DNA of 62,812 nt, filler included, from Vannella sp. (GCA_023345925.1; 7 parts of 7 records of this genome joined end to end with filler, not necessarily neighbours in it), one strand, 5' to 3'; positions 47,901 to 60,033 are shown, counted from the whole stretch's first letter. Notes: generated by a model from the sequence alone, not told the origin. A program made the numbers and translations.

Positions 47901-49771
47901 GATAAGAATCGTGTTGCTGCGGATCAGCTGGCTCAGCCCCTTCTTTCTGAGTTGATTGAATTGACTGATTATGAGGCTACGGCTGCTTGCTCCTTTAATT
48001 CGAGTTCTACTGGCAGCGGTGATACTTCTACTAGCTTTGGGCAGGACACAGCGGCTAGTTTATTTGGTGCTCCCTCCCAAGCCAGCTCTTTATTTGCTCC
48101 GAGTGCGGCTTCTTCCCTCTTTGGAGGGTCATCCAGCTCTTCTTTCTTCTCCCCAACAACAAGCTTTGTCATGGCTGAAGAGGAAGAGACTCCAGAGGAA
48201 GACAAACAAGAGGAACAACCGGCCTCTTCACCTGAGGAGCTGCCAAAAGAAAAAGAGCCTTCTATGACCACTGCAGAGGCTGAGGAGTTATGCGAGCTTC
48301 TCAGTCGTATTCAAATAGTAGGGTTCTTGCGGAGTGACCAAATGTATCTTATCGCAGTAATCGGGACTTTCATGCAAATGGAGAGCTTAAAGAGTGGGTT
48401 GGACGAATGCGGAGTTCGTTTCCTTCTTTCTGTGAAGCTTGCAGAGATCCTACGGAAGACCACAGACCGTTCTGCCGCTCTCTCTTCAAGAGATTACTGC
48501 TGGGCTTTACATTGTGAAGCATCTGAAGCACTCACTCAGCAGACTCTTCCACCTGACGCCACTTGGAGTGTTGCCCAAGCCCTCGGGATAGGCTACTGGA
48601 TGACAAACGTCAACGCATTGCGGGAAACAGTCAAACGGATAGCTCAAGTTGAATTCTCATTGAAAAAGTCAGCAGAGGACTGCGCCATCTTCTATGTGGC
48701 TTTAGGGCAAAAGTCCTCACTAATGGCGCTCTTTAAGGCGGTGGGCAACAAGAAAGTGGCTGATTTCCTTATGAATGACTTCAAAGAGCCCCGCTGGGCC
48801 TCTGCCGCCTCTAAGAATGCTTATGCTTTGTTAGGAAGGCAGCAATATCGATACGCTGCCGCTTTCTTCTTGTTGGCAGGTCAGACAAAGAGTGCCGTTG
48901 GATTGTGCTTAAAGCACCTCAAAGACGTCAACCTTCCTCTTGTTTTTTGCCGCCTCTTGGAAGGAGATGGGAGCAACGCCACAAACTATCAAGCGCTCTT
49001 ATCTGGCACTATTTTACCGCAGGCAGAAGAGTCTCAGGACGTTTGGATGCAGAGCATTGCTCATTGGCTGATGAAGGATTATCGCAAAGCAATGAGCTGT
49101 CTTATTCCTGCTCAAGAAGAGCCAATGGAAGAGGAACAGGAACCCGAGGCAACGGAGACCTTCAATTCATGGGGATCTTCAAGCAGCAGCTTTGCCAGCA
49201 GCTCTTCCACGTCAAATTTATGGGGACCTGGTGGCACCAACACATCCACAACATCTAATCTCTGGGGACCTGGTGCCACCCCGAGCACTGGGGCTAGCTC
49301 CAATCTCTGGGGACCAGGAGGAGGCTCCAGCACTCCTTCGTCGAACATTTGGGGACCTGGAGGGGATGTTTCAGCCAGTTCAAGCTTTTCCACAAGCACA
49401 GGCGTGTCCACTCCAGTTTCTCTTCAAAACAGTTCTGACAGCATCCAATCCAGTGTCAGCACAAGATCAGTAGACTCCCAAGCATACCTGATTTCCAGTC
49501 AAACCTTCGTTTCATTCGATCCCTCAGTAATCCACTTATTCAGGCAGCTTAGAAAGAAGCCTTTCATCCCTTCCCAGCCGGACTTGGCCTCCCAAATCTC
49601 TCTCTTACGGCGTTGTGTCCAAAAGTATCTTCTAGTAGGCTGCCCTGTTCTGGCTATGGAGGAATTGCACTTCTTGAACCATTTAGAAGGCAAACGGAAG
49701 GTGGACGAGAAAGCCAAGAAGAAGGAGGAGAAAGCAGAATCCAGTGGCTATGGAGGGTTTGGGGGATTCGG
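44951..49771 (+). CDS. DMXL/Rabconnectin-3alpha/Rav1-like WD40 protein, 3'-truncated
   Basis: WD40 repeats (YLPHPRSV..WR) and Rav1p_C motifs LDECGVRFLL, WALHCE, F.EPRW..AA.KNAYALLGRQ.Y.YAAAFFLL. Confidence 0.92.
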
Positions 49772-49871
49772 NNNNNNNNNNNNNNNNNNNNNNNNNNNNN
49801 NNNNNNNNNNNNNNNTTAATTAATTAANNNNNNNNNNNNNNNNNNNNNNNNNNNNNNNNNNNNNNNNNNNN

Positions 49872-52800
49872 TCCCGCTCATCCCACCAAAAGACTTGATT
49901 CTCCTCAAGCACATGATTCTTCCCCTTTCTCAGTGCCGGGAGCACATTCAAGCGTCCCTTTTAGTCGAATTAGCAGGTTCTATCAAAGAGGCTACCTTTG
50001 CCAAACTGCAGGAAGCGAATACGGGTCCTCTTCTTGCCAACGAGAAGAGTCTTTCACATGATATGGTCCTCTTACTGCGGAAGACCCTCTGCACTCTGGC
50101 TCCTGAAGATGAGGTAGAGAAGGACATTGACCAATTCAAGTTGGAATTGGCTCTCAAAGGGTTTGAGAGCAACAATTTGGGTCGCCGGTTGCGCAGTTTA
50201 GGGATTATCTCCGGTGCTATCAGCCGTGCCATGCCTGCAAAGAGCGAAAAGGATAAGATTCTCACTCAATTCATCCGCAAAGCTGGTCTGACAGCCCAAC
50301 GCCAAACCGTCCAAGAAGAGAACAAACCAGAAGCCCCAAAACCAATCGAGCCAAAGTTTATTTTGGATTGGCTTCGTGAAACTGACTTTGTACGGAAGCT
50401 GCTTGACAGCAAAAGCGCTCATCCTGAAGAAATCAAACAGGGCATTTCGCTCTTCCGCTTCCTCGCTGTCCATAATCTTCTCCCTGACGATGTGATCGAG
50501 CAAATTTGGTCCATGCAGTCTGGGAAGCACGAGTCGGTCAAAGCAACCATCTTTGATTCTCTGCTCCTTCTTGCTGAGGACTTGACCCTTCCACAACTTC
50601 TCCTTTTGAAGAGTTTGGCAGAGGCAATTAAGCCTGCTGATCAAGACTTTGAGAGTCTTCGGTATCTTGCCTCGTTGACTGCAATAGGATCAGAGAAGGA
50701 TTCCACCAAGCAAGAATGGTTTGGACTAGAGACCTTGTTCACTCTGGCTATTGAAACTTGTGTTGATGCCTCCGACTTGGTCGTGACAGCAGCGTATGAT
50801 CAACTCATCCGTTTGATCAAATTAGACATTCTTGCACCTCGAAGACACTATTTGCTAGAGAAGTCTGCCGCTGCATTACAAAGTGGCTGTTCCGCACCTC
50901 CATGCCTTCAATTGATCAAGGAAACACTTCAATCTCTCCCTAAGAAGCGGAAGAATAACTTACTTCCAGGGAAGAAACCTCTTGGCTTGAAGAGTACTAT
51001 TGAGGCTCTCAATCAGCAGTTCCAAGTGATTCCGTCAATTCTGAAGGGACTCCTTCTCTACAAAGATGTTGCAAGAGAAGTCCCTATCGAGAAACTCGGC
51101 GAGGGAAAGAAGATTGAAAGATTCTCTCATTTGGACCATATTCGGATACGATTGGACTTTCTCCAATTCTTTACCAGTAATTCTGGACTTCAGCTGCAAA
51201 CTGACCAGACAGAGCAACTTTGGAACAGCTTAGTAGTGGACAGCTTACTAGCTGGAGAGCGCTTTCAATGTTACAAGTGGTTAGAAGAGGCTACAGACAC
51301 TTGGATCAGCCTTTCTGCTGCCCAGTCACTATTTGAAAGCTCTTTGTGTACGATTCCAGCTGAAGAAGTAGACCAAGAAGTCTTCTTGTTATTCCAGAGC
51401 CACTTTCTAGTGCTGAACACGAAAAGCGGCAAACTTAAGCCTTTCCAGTCCCGAATGGCTGGCACTTTGGTTGTCAAGCACGTTGTTAATCACGAACAGC
51501 AATCGGAGAAGCCCCTTTTGGGCTATGACAGCCTTTGGAATGTCGCTCTCTATTGCCCTTGCGATTCCATCAGTAGACAAGCTATCGAGCGCCTTTGCCT
51601 TCTACACCAAATACTGCCTTCAGAATCTCTGAAGCCACGCTATCGATCATTAAGAGAGGAATTTGTTTCACGTTGCTTGGACTACCTTGAGAGTGCTATC
51701 AGTGTGGAGCCTCCTCAGCTGACCATCGTTGAGCGCTGCATTTCTGTGATGAAAGTAAGCTCTCTATTGGCTTAGGCTTTCGTAGTTTGACTTATTCGCT
51801 TCCCTTAGATAATGGTGAGCGAATATGAGGCGAAGATCATCCAGCAAAAGGGGGCCGGAGACATTTCTGTGGCTGTTCGGACCGATCACTCTGAATTTAA
51901 CCTGACACTTCGAGGGTCCGACACCGTCCGCACTCTGAAAGCAAAAATAGCTGAAAAATGCAGTCGCTCTCCTCAAGCCCTCCGTGTTCTTATGAGTGGC
52001 CAGGAACTGAAAGGGGACAAGACATTACGAGAAGCTAAGGTGAATAACAATGCACAAATCATTGTCCGCTTCAAAGATATGGACCCAAACAAAGCTCCAA
52101 GTGAAGCTGAACGCTTCCGTGAATATGCATCAGAAGTTACCATCCGCTCGTGGCTCACTCAAATCATTGAAATGCAACTGCAGGGATTGGGACTCAGGGG
52201 TTCACCTGTCCAAAATCTAATTCATACAACGAATACTGAAGATCACTCTATCCAGGAAAGCCAGAACCTTGCTGTAGCTATTCTAGCGCAGCAAAATAAC
52301 TTCCAACGACTATTCAAACTTCTGAATCTTCAAGGTGCCATCGCTGGTCGTGCATGGGATTTGCTCAACACTTTGCCTCCCAACTCTTCACTTATTGACG
52401 ACTTTGCCAAAGTTGAAGAGTTAGACCAAAAGCTCTCAACCTACTTGGATCCTCAGGTCATTTTGAAGCTTGCCTATTCCCTCAATATGATATCCATTCT
52501 TGTTGGGCGCCAGAACCAAACAAAATCGGCGCAAAATGCGTGGTGCGATCAATTCCTTCAACTGGAGGGAGTTAAGCGACTCCTAGACACCTTCCTTCAA
52601 CTCGATTTGGAGCAATCCAGCGCTCATATTACTTGTTACAGCAAGTTGCTCGAATTGGTCAACTTTTTTGTGGAGTACGAAAACAGTGCTGGACTGGATT
52701 CGCCTTCTTTAAAGAAGTATGATAGCTTGCTTTCTGTTGGGCAAAGAATTCTTGATCTTCTCGGAGTCACCGCAAAAGCCAACATTCATGTTTCTGCCTC

Positions 52801-55800
52801 TAACCAATCTCTTGTGAGGTGCACATTGAGCTTCTTGGCAAAGGCACTCCCGGCACATAATCAGGTAGGAGATTCCTTGATCAATTGGCCTTCTTTAGAT
52901 ACATGGTTGAGGTGTGTCTTGCTTGAATCAAACTCAAGACAGGAGCGGGAGGATGCTGAAGAGACCCTAAGTGCAATCGCCGAGGCATATGCGCCATTCC
53001 GGGATCGTCTTTTCTCATTGTTGCTTTCTCTCTTACCTGAAATCGCCTCCTTCTCCAAGTCCTCTCAATTCTTCTTTATTCTTCTTGAAAGATTGTACGC
53101 AAACGGAGCACAAACAGGAGAGATTGGCTGGCAAACATCCTTGGGCTGTCAATTATTCCGTTTCATCAAAGACCATCCAGTTTTAGAAGTCACAGAAGCG
53201 CAGCGTTACAAGGATACATCATTAGTCGGCCTTCTTGATTTGACAAGAATCGTTATCAACAACTCTCCAGAGCTGAAGCGGTTTGCTTATGAAGAAGGAT
53301 TGCTCCTGACTCTCTTTTCTGAATGCCTTTTTGATATTCCGACAGCAGAGCTCCACGGAGCTGATGCTCCCCCCAAATGCAAGTCAAAAGACTCCCGTTA
53401 TGCTGCTTATAGGCTGCTTGTGGAGCTTTGCCGAGAAGACGATCGGAACTTTGAACTTCTTTTCACGGCCATGATGAAGCACATTCGGCGAGTGAGGCCA
53501 AAAGCAAACTGGCAAGTCACTCCAGATGCCAAGAAGAAGGCTGTCCATGGCTATGTGGGACTAGAGAATATGGGAGCTACCTGTTACATGAACTCTCTCT
53601 TGCAACAACTCTACTTGATGCCTCAATTCCGTCGTGAGATCCTGTCAGTGCGAGACCAATCTGAAGATCTTGAGGATTCCCCTCTCTATCAGCTTCAGTA
53701 CACCTTTGCTTATCTTCAGGAGACTCTCAAAGGATCTTATAAGCCCGTGGCTTTCACTGCAAGTTACAAGGACTGGGAGGGCAATCCGATGAACACCCGA
53801 ATTCAAATGGACGCTAACGAATTCTTCAACACTCTTTTTGATAAGTTAGAAGGCCTTCTGGCTCCGACTCCCCGTCCTCACTTGTTGAAAGAGTTGTATG
53901 GAGGAGTTATAGCCAACCAAATCATTTCTCAACACTGTGACCACGTTTCCGAGAATATCGAAGGATTCTACACTGTGGGTGTCGAGATCAAGAACAAGAA
54001 AGATATCATCTCTTCTTTGGATGCCTATATTGAAGGAGAAATGCTACAAGGCGATGCCCAATACTATTGCGAGCAATGTGATAAGAAAGTAGATGCGCTC
54101 AAACGAAGCTGTCTCAAGTCTCTACCTCCCACCCTCCTTATTCAATTGAAGCGCTTTGAATTTGACTTAATGGAAATGCGCAATAAGAAGCTTAACGGAG
54201 AGTAAGTTCTCGTAGGGGGTTGCCCGAACATAACTCTTAACATAATCAGGTGTGCCTTTCCAATGGAGCTTGACCTGGAACCCTACACTGTAGAAGGAAT
54301 TGCGAAGCGTGAAGCGGAAAGTGATTTGCGGAAAAGTGAGGCCTTGCGCTTTAGCAGCTCTCAACATCCGCCGGAGTACTATCAATACCGTTTATCTGGA
54401 ATTGTAGTTCACACAGGCACTGCTGATGGCGGTCATTATTACTCCTTTATCAAAGAGAGAGTCCCCCTTCATGGAGATACTTGCCTTTGGTTCGAATTCA
54501 ATGATAGCAGCGTGACTCCATTTGATATCAAAGTAGGTTCCAAGTCTCATTACTGCAAAAGCTCACCAAAAATCGCTTTCAGGATATTCCTAAAGAATGC
54601 TTTGGAGGAAAGTATGCTTACAATCAGTACAATCGAGAGACAGGAACGACAACTGAGGTTGAGAGAGACATCTTGAATAATGCTTACATTCTCGTTTACG
54701 AGAGAGTTCCTCTCCCACAAGAGGAGGCCCCTCTTTCGCACTCAACTTCAAACACTTCTGACGATGGAGTTGATCCTGTGGCATCCTCTCCTGATGAAAG
54801 CAGAGAGTGTAACCGGAATATCGAACAGAATGCTATTGTCCCAGTCCCAGAGGACATAATGGCCAAGATTTGGAAGGAGAATCGAGAGTACATCGTCGAG
54901 AAGCACGTTTTTGATCAAAACTATTTCAATTTTGTGTGGCGCCTGGTCTGTCTCAATACAACGAAAGGGGACCTGGAACTCAATGATGCTGAAGAGAAGA
55001 AGAGTGTGATGCAAGCAATAGAGCTGGCCACAAGCTTTGTCGTTGATATCTTTGCCCATGCTCGCTTCAATCAGCTCCTGCCAATGTGGAGAAAGCAGCT
55101 TTGCTACATTTTCCAGAATAGTAGAGTTGCCTCAATCTGGCTCATGCGGAATCTCAGTTCTAAGCCAGCTACTTTAAGGACTGTTCTGCTCTACTGCCCT
55201 ACGGACCGTGTCCGCTTTGCCTTTGCTCATATAATTGAGCAATCGATGAAGACACTTGCACCTTCGGAACGGCAATTCTACCAAGATCAGGCCGCTCTTA
55301 TTGACAAACTCCCCCCGAATTTGCGAGGATTCAACGACTACAAGTACGATTCTACCATCTCATGGAATGTGGTTATGCTTGAAACGCTTTTCCGAATGGT
55401 ATGTTGATCTCCCGTAGTTTCCTTGTCAAGAAACTGACCTTTTCAAGCTCCGAGATGCCAGAGTGTCGAGATACTCTCCTTCCCAGATGTTTCTTATCTT
55501 CCTTATGTTCGCAGAGCTTGGCCACGAGGAGAGATCATTCCTCCACCAGCGTGGCATTATCCAAATAGTATCTGACTTCATTAAGGGCACCGGTTCCTTT
55601 GCCGAGGAAGAGCCCAAGTCGAAGGCACCAGCAAGCCAATCGGTAGGTATTTCCGAAACACCATTGGACCTTCGCCATAACAAAACCTAGGGTGGCCCGC
55701 AAGTTGCCAAGATGTACACTCCACCGGTCAATGTGGATGGAGCAATCCACCTCCTGCAAGGATTGGTGATAGGAATGCAACTTCCCGAGTGCGCTTCAGA

Positions 55801-56365
55801 GTGGGCAAAAGTACCGCCTCCAACAGCTAAAGGAGCGTCCCTCCTTTCCACCACGGAAAAAGAGCACGAGCTGATCTTTGAAGAGGTGACTTAGCACCTT
55901 CAAATCTTGATGCGCCTTTCTCACTCTTTGCTTCAGGAACTCTTTACAAAGATCCTGAAGGAATCACATGATGAGCGTTCTATCTTGACTTTTGTCAAGC
56001 ATTTGTCATGGAACAACCGAGAGGGAATGAACTTTTTCATTGGCGTGGTTCGAACAGCTTTAGAGAAAGCTACGATGCCGTCCCATGCTCGACAATACCT
56101 GAGAGTTGCTCAAAGCTTCTATCTCATCCAAGATGACTTGATTCTTGAACGGGAAATTCTACCCATTGAAATGCTCCTGGAAGTAATGCCGCTTGCTGCT
56201 GAGCGAAAAGAAAAGGAATTACTTCGCCTCTATGGCAAATGGATCAACGAGAAGAGAAACAACCCAAGAGTGAAGAAATGGTGCGGCAAACACTCCAAGA
56301 GAGTCCATGCCGCCCTTGTATTGGTCCCTCCAGCATCTCCTCCTATGCGCCGAGTCAAGAGATAA
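49872..56365 (+). CDS. Large ubiquitin-specific protease (USP9/24/34-like) with internal UBL domain, 5'-truncated, multi-exon
   Basis: Cys box GLENMGATCYMNSLLQQ, QMDANEF, LKRFEFD, His box VHTGTADGGHYYSFI, FND. Confidence 0.93.
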
Positions 56366-56454
56366 ACCCAAAAGTCTGAAAGAGAGCTGCTCCAAGCTAG
56401 ATTCTCAATAAACTAACTCCACTCCGATTTATCTCAACCACAGGGAAACGTTCA

Positions 56455-58007
56455 TCATTCGAAGTCCAATTTGCCATCCATCTCTCCCTCTAGTATGAGT
56501 TCAGGTGGCTGATAGTCTCCTCCTTCAATCTCTTCCATCAGCGTTTCGCCAAAGTCTGCAGTTCCATTATTGGATACGCGCTTTCCATACGGATAGAGAA
56601 TCATGGGAAGAAGACTGGCAAGGAATAGAACTGCAGGAAGGACTCCCATTAAAACACGTAAAACAAACTTGACTCCAAATGAAGCCTCATCCTCGGGTTC
56701 GAGAGAAGCAAGTCCAGCTATCCCCAGCAAGATGCTTCCAACAGCGAGGCCAATTGAGGTTGCCATCTTCTGAAGGAAGACAAAGAGGCCATAGTAGACT
56801 CCTTCTCTTCGGCAATGAACTTTTCGCTCATCTCGATCAATGATTTCAGGGACCATTGAAAAGGGAATTAAGAATATAGCAGCTATACCAACTCCTAGAA
56901 TCATACAGCCAGGGTACAACCAGATAACATGACGAACAAAAATCAATCCCAAAGCGCAGAAGATACAAAGACCCGTTCCTATGAAGAAGATAACCTTCTT
57001 TGGGAGAAGGGTTCGCGATAACTGTTGCCAAACAATAACAGAAACTGCGATTACCACTTGAAGGATGAAAATGAGGACAATAATATGCTTTTCCGCCTGA
57101 AGGACATATTGCACATATAAGTAGAAGTGAGCCACCATGAACTGGGTTCCCATGTAAGTCCCCATGAAAGACCCACAAAGTAAGATAAATGGACGATTCT
57201 TCAGAGCCACTTTCAACCCCTGAATGAAACTGGGCTGTTCTGGGATTCCATGCGCCTTGCGACGTGCTTGGCCAGCCTCTTCTCGGCATACAACAGCTGT
57301 TAGAATAGGAGGGAAGACAAAGAAAACCGCAAAAATTCCAGCCGAAGTAGCATAGGCAACACGGGGACTAGGAATAATGGCCAGAATGATTCCATGAAGT
57401 GTGGTAGCCACCAAAGCAGCAAGCACAAGCGTCACAATCTTGTACGAAGTTAACTCCGTCCTCTCTTTTTCAGAGTCTGTCATCTCTGGGATCAACGCAA
57501 GATGAGGCACAGAAATGCAGGTGTAAAACGTGTTGAACAAAAGCAGCCAGAACAAGTAATACACGCACTCTACCAGCTGATTGGCTCCTGGGATAACTTG
57601 CCACATAAAGAAGTATGATACGGCTAATGGTACGGCTCCTACTACGAGCCAAGGACGTCGTCTCCCCCACCGAGTGTCGGTCAAGTCACTCAAGCGGCCC
57701 ACAATCGGGTCCGTTATGCCATCCCACGCCCTTGAACAAAGTAGGAGAATACCAACGTTAAATGGGTGAATACCAGCAACCTCATACAGAAAAGGAAGCA
57801 AAAAGAACGCCATAACAGCCGAAGAAGCGGAACCTTTTCCCTTAAATCAGTGCTGCAAGGACACTTCGCGCTTCTCTCACATGAAAAGTCTCCTGTCCCG
57901 TAAATCAGCTTCTTCCACGGCTGGAGGCGCTTGCTGACAGCAAACCCACGAGCCTCCACCGACTCCAAAAAGCCGGGCGGAAGGTTCTCCTGAGACCCTT
58001 CCTCCAT
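56455..58007 (-). CDS. MFS transporter of the MelB/MFSD2 (GPH) family
   Basis: YGTGDF, RAWDGITDPIVG.LSD.T.TRWGRRRPW, RREGVYYG..F.QK; one 5' intron. Confidence 0.92.
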
Positions 58008-58096
58008 CACCCGCTCCCCAAATAATAATCCTAAACGTATGGAATGAAGAGAAACATAAATCCAGCACAATGACCATCATTCCCAAGAGAACCATT

Positions 58097-58137
58097 TCAT
58101 TTCACCTCATTTCACCTCATTTCACCTCATTTCACTT
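58097..58137. repeat. Tandem 10-mer (TCATTTCACC) x4
   Basis: Seen directly, upstream of the MFS gene. Confidence 0.9.
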
Positions 58138-58750
58138 CTGAGAGAAGTCACGAGCGGCGAGGGCATTTCCCCTTGTTTGGGTGGGTCCTCAAACATCCAA
58201 AAAGTGAAAAAATGAAATCACTCCAAAAACTTATCCTGAACGAGTTCTGCCCCTCTCTTCCCCTTCACTCGTGGATTTTCTCTCATTTCACCTTCGATGC
58301 TGGCAAGCACATTAGGCCTTTGCTTGGACAAAAAGAAGGGCAAAGCGTTCAGTCTCGGTCGCGAATGACATGGGAAACATCGGAAGAGTGGGTGGATTTG
58401 GTTCTCCACTGACAAGTGGACAAACCTACTTTATGATCTTGCAAGCACCTGCAGAGCTTTCGAATGTCACCTAAAGCGTTTCAATCGCTTCCAGCATAAA
58501 CACTCTTCCCTTTGGTCCTCTTGTCCTCTCGCAAGACACAGGTCCTGTGAGGGGTCGTAGAGGACCGATTTCAAGATCGTAATCTTGGTCTGCTGTTAAC
58601 GTGTGGATCTCCCTTATCCTACAAAGGATGAGTCGAACTCCCAACTTTGTNNNNNNNNNNNNNNNNNNNNNNNNNNNNNNNNNNNNNNNNNNNNTTAATT
58701 AATTAANNNNNNNNNNNNNNNNNNNNNNNNNNNNNNNNNNNNNNNNNNNN

Positions 58751-59893
58751 CTGCAGCTTGCGTTGACCAGCAGCTCTCTGATCATAAGTTGGCCCTTGCT
58801 CACGCCCCTAGGGTGTCTGGCATCCTTCAGTATTCTTTGATTAGAAAGGTGAAGAGAGGAGGGCTTACTCTCTAAAGTTCGTTGATTAGAATGATCAATA
58901 TTCCCCTCATCTGAAGCCGTTTTCTTCTTACTCTCTGAAGAGAAAAGTGAGGACAAAAACAACAACAGCTCGAGACATCTTACGGTCTTCATGTGTTCGC
59001 CTGATGAGTGGGGTGTTCGTGAAGCGACCTAATGAGATAACTTACAATCTGAACAGTGCGATGCTTCTCAGTCATGGGAACTTACAATCTTCATCATAAT
59101 CAGCCCAGTATTATTGGGGAATAAGCTTACTTCCTATGCGGTTGGATGTTGTTAAGAACCAGTTGTGGACACATTCTTGGCTTTGTTCCTTCTTGATGAA
59201 CAGGTTCTCACTCTCGTTCAATCAAGAAGGCCATCGCGAAAGAAGAAACTGGACCCACTTACGTTCTAAAGTAGTTTTGGGGGTGAGAGTTTGTCAATAC
59301 ATTCCACTTCACCCGTTCATGGGCGGTCACTCACTCTCTGCAAAAGCAATTGTGATGCGCCAGATGGCAACATCGCCTTCAAGTGCATTCTTACTGGATT
59401 GGAGGATTCTCATGAGAATACTGCAAAGAGCCAAACTTATCCTTCTCCCAATGTACTTGACCATTTCACTGTTTCCTCGCTTAGCAGCAAGTCCCAGAAA
59501 GGTCTAAGCACGAAGACACTGTCGTCAGCTCTCTAAATTAAAGGTTGGAGAACAACTGACCCTCTGTGGAAGCATAAATGAGTCTCCACGTTCCCTAAAG
59601 GGGATGGCTTACTCCCCACTCCTTTGAGTCCCTTTCGTGAGTGCGACATGGATAAACAGGCTCTCTTCCTGTCCTTTAGAATTGCTCTATAAGAGCGCCT
59701 TACTTGCTACGCAAGAGTTACCTCAACGCGCCATCGCATTGAACCGAGTACTCACTGCCTAGAGAAGTTACTGTGATTGTTCTACGCCCTTCCGTTCGAA
59801 CAACATGTCACATACACTGTTGAGTTGCTCTGGATGCGCTTGTAAGTGTCCTTGCAGAGAAGACCACCTCCCATCCCAAACCCTGTCCGACAT
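58751..59893 (-). other. Candidate micro-exon gene: chain of short introns separated mostly by 3-nt exons, 3'-truncated
   Basis: 16 GT(A/G)AG-type donors in ~1 kb on one strand; 11 have an AG ending exactly 3 nt upstream; most implied introns are 37-69 nt. Confidence 0.8.
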
Positions 59894-59901
59894 CAAAATG
59901 G

Positions 59902-59924
59902 TAAACCCTAAACCCTAAACCCTA
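59902..59924. repeat. Interstitial telomere-like tract (TAAACCC)3 / telo-box
   Basis: TAAACCCTAAACCCTAAACCCTA between two divergent genes. Confidence 0.8.
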
Positions 59925-60033
59925 GAGAATGTGCTCTGATCTCGTCGAAGAATCTTCGGAACTAACCGGGGTTTTTTAGAATAGGAATTCATCAATCAAT
60001 AAAGAAAAGTCCCATTTGTTGGTTGCCACAGGG

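Noticed and set aside
7787..49771. Apparent lysosomal/TORC1 cluster (V-ATPase B, Raptor, DMXL)
   Set aside because: The genes lie on different contigs joined artificially
7687..58750. Repeated palindromic TTAATTAATTAA flanked by N
   Set aside because: Assembly concatenation linker, not biology; gene adjacency across it is meaningless
58751..59536. ORF-track proteins 58699-58992, 59136-59507 and 59291-59536
   Set aside because: No recognisable motifs; they read through or antisense to the intron chain
58751..59820. CRISPR-like reading of the regularly spaced CTTAC...CT motif
   Set aside because: The repeat is only splice-signal length, spacing is irregular, and there are no cas genes; splice sites explain it
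58751..59820. snoRNA host-gene interpretation of the intron chain
   Set aside because: Most introns are too short for snoRNAs and lack consistent C/D or H/ACA boxes
59880..59930. Telomerase RNA template
   Set aside because: Three full repeats exceed a typical ~1.5-repeat template, and no supporting structure was seen
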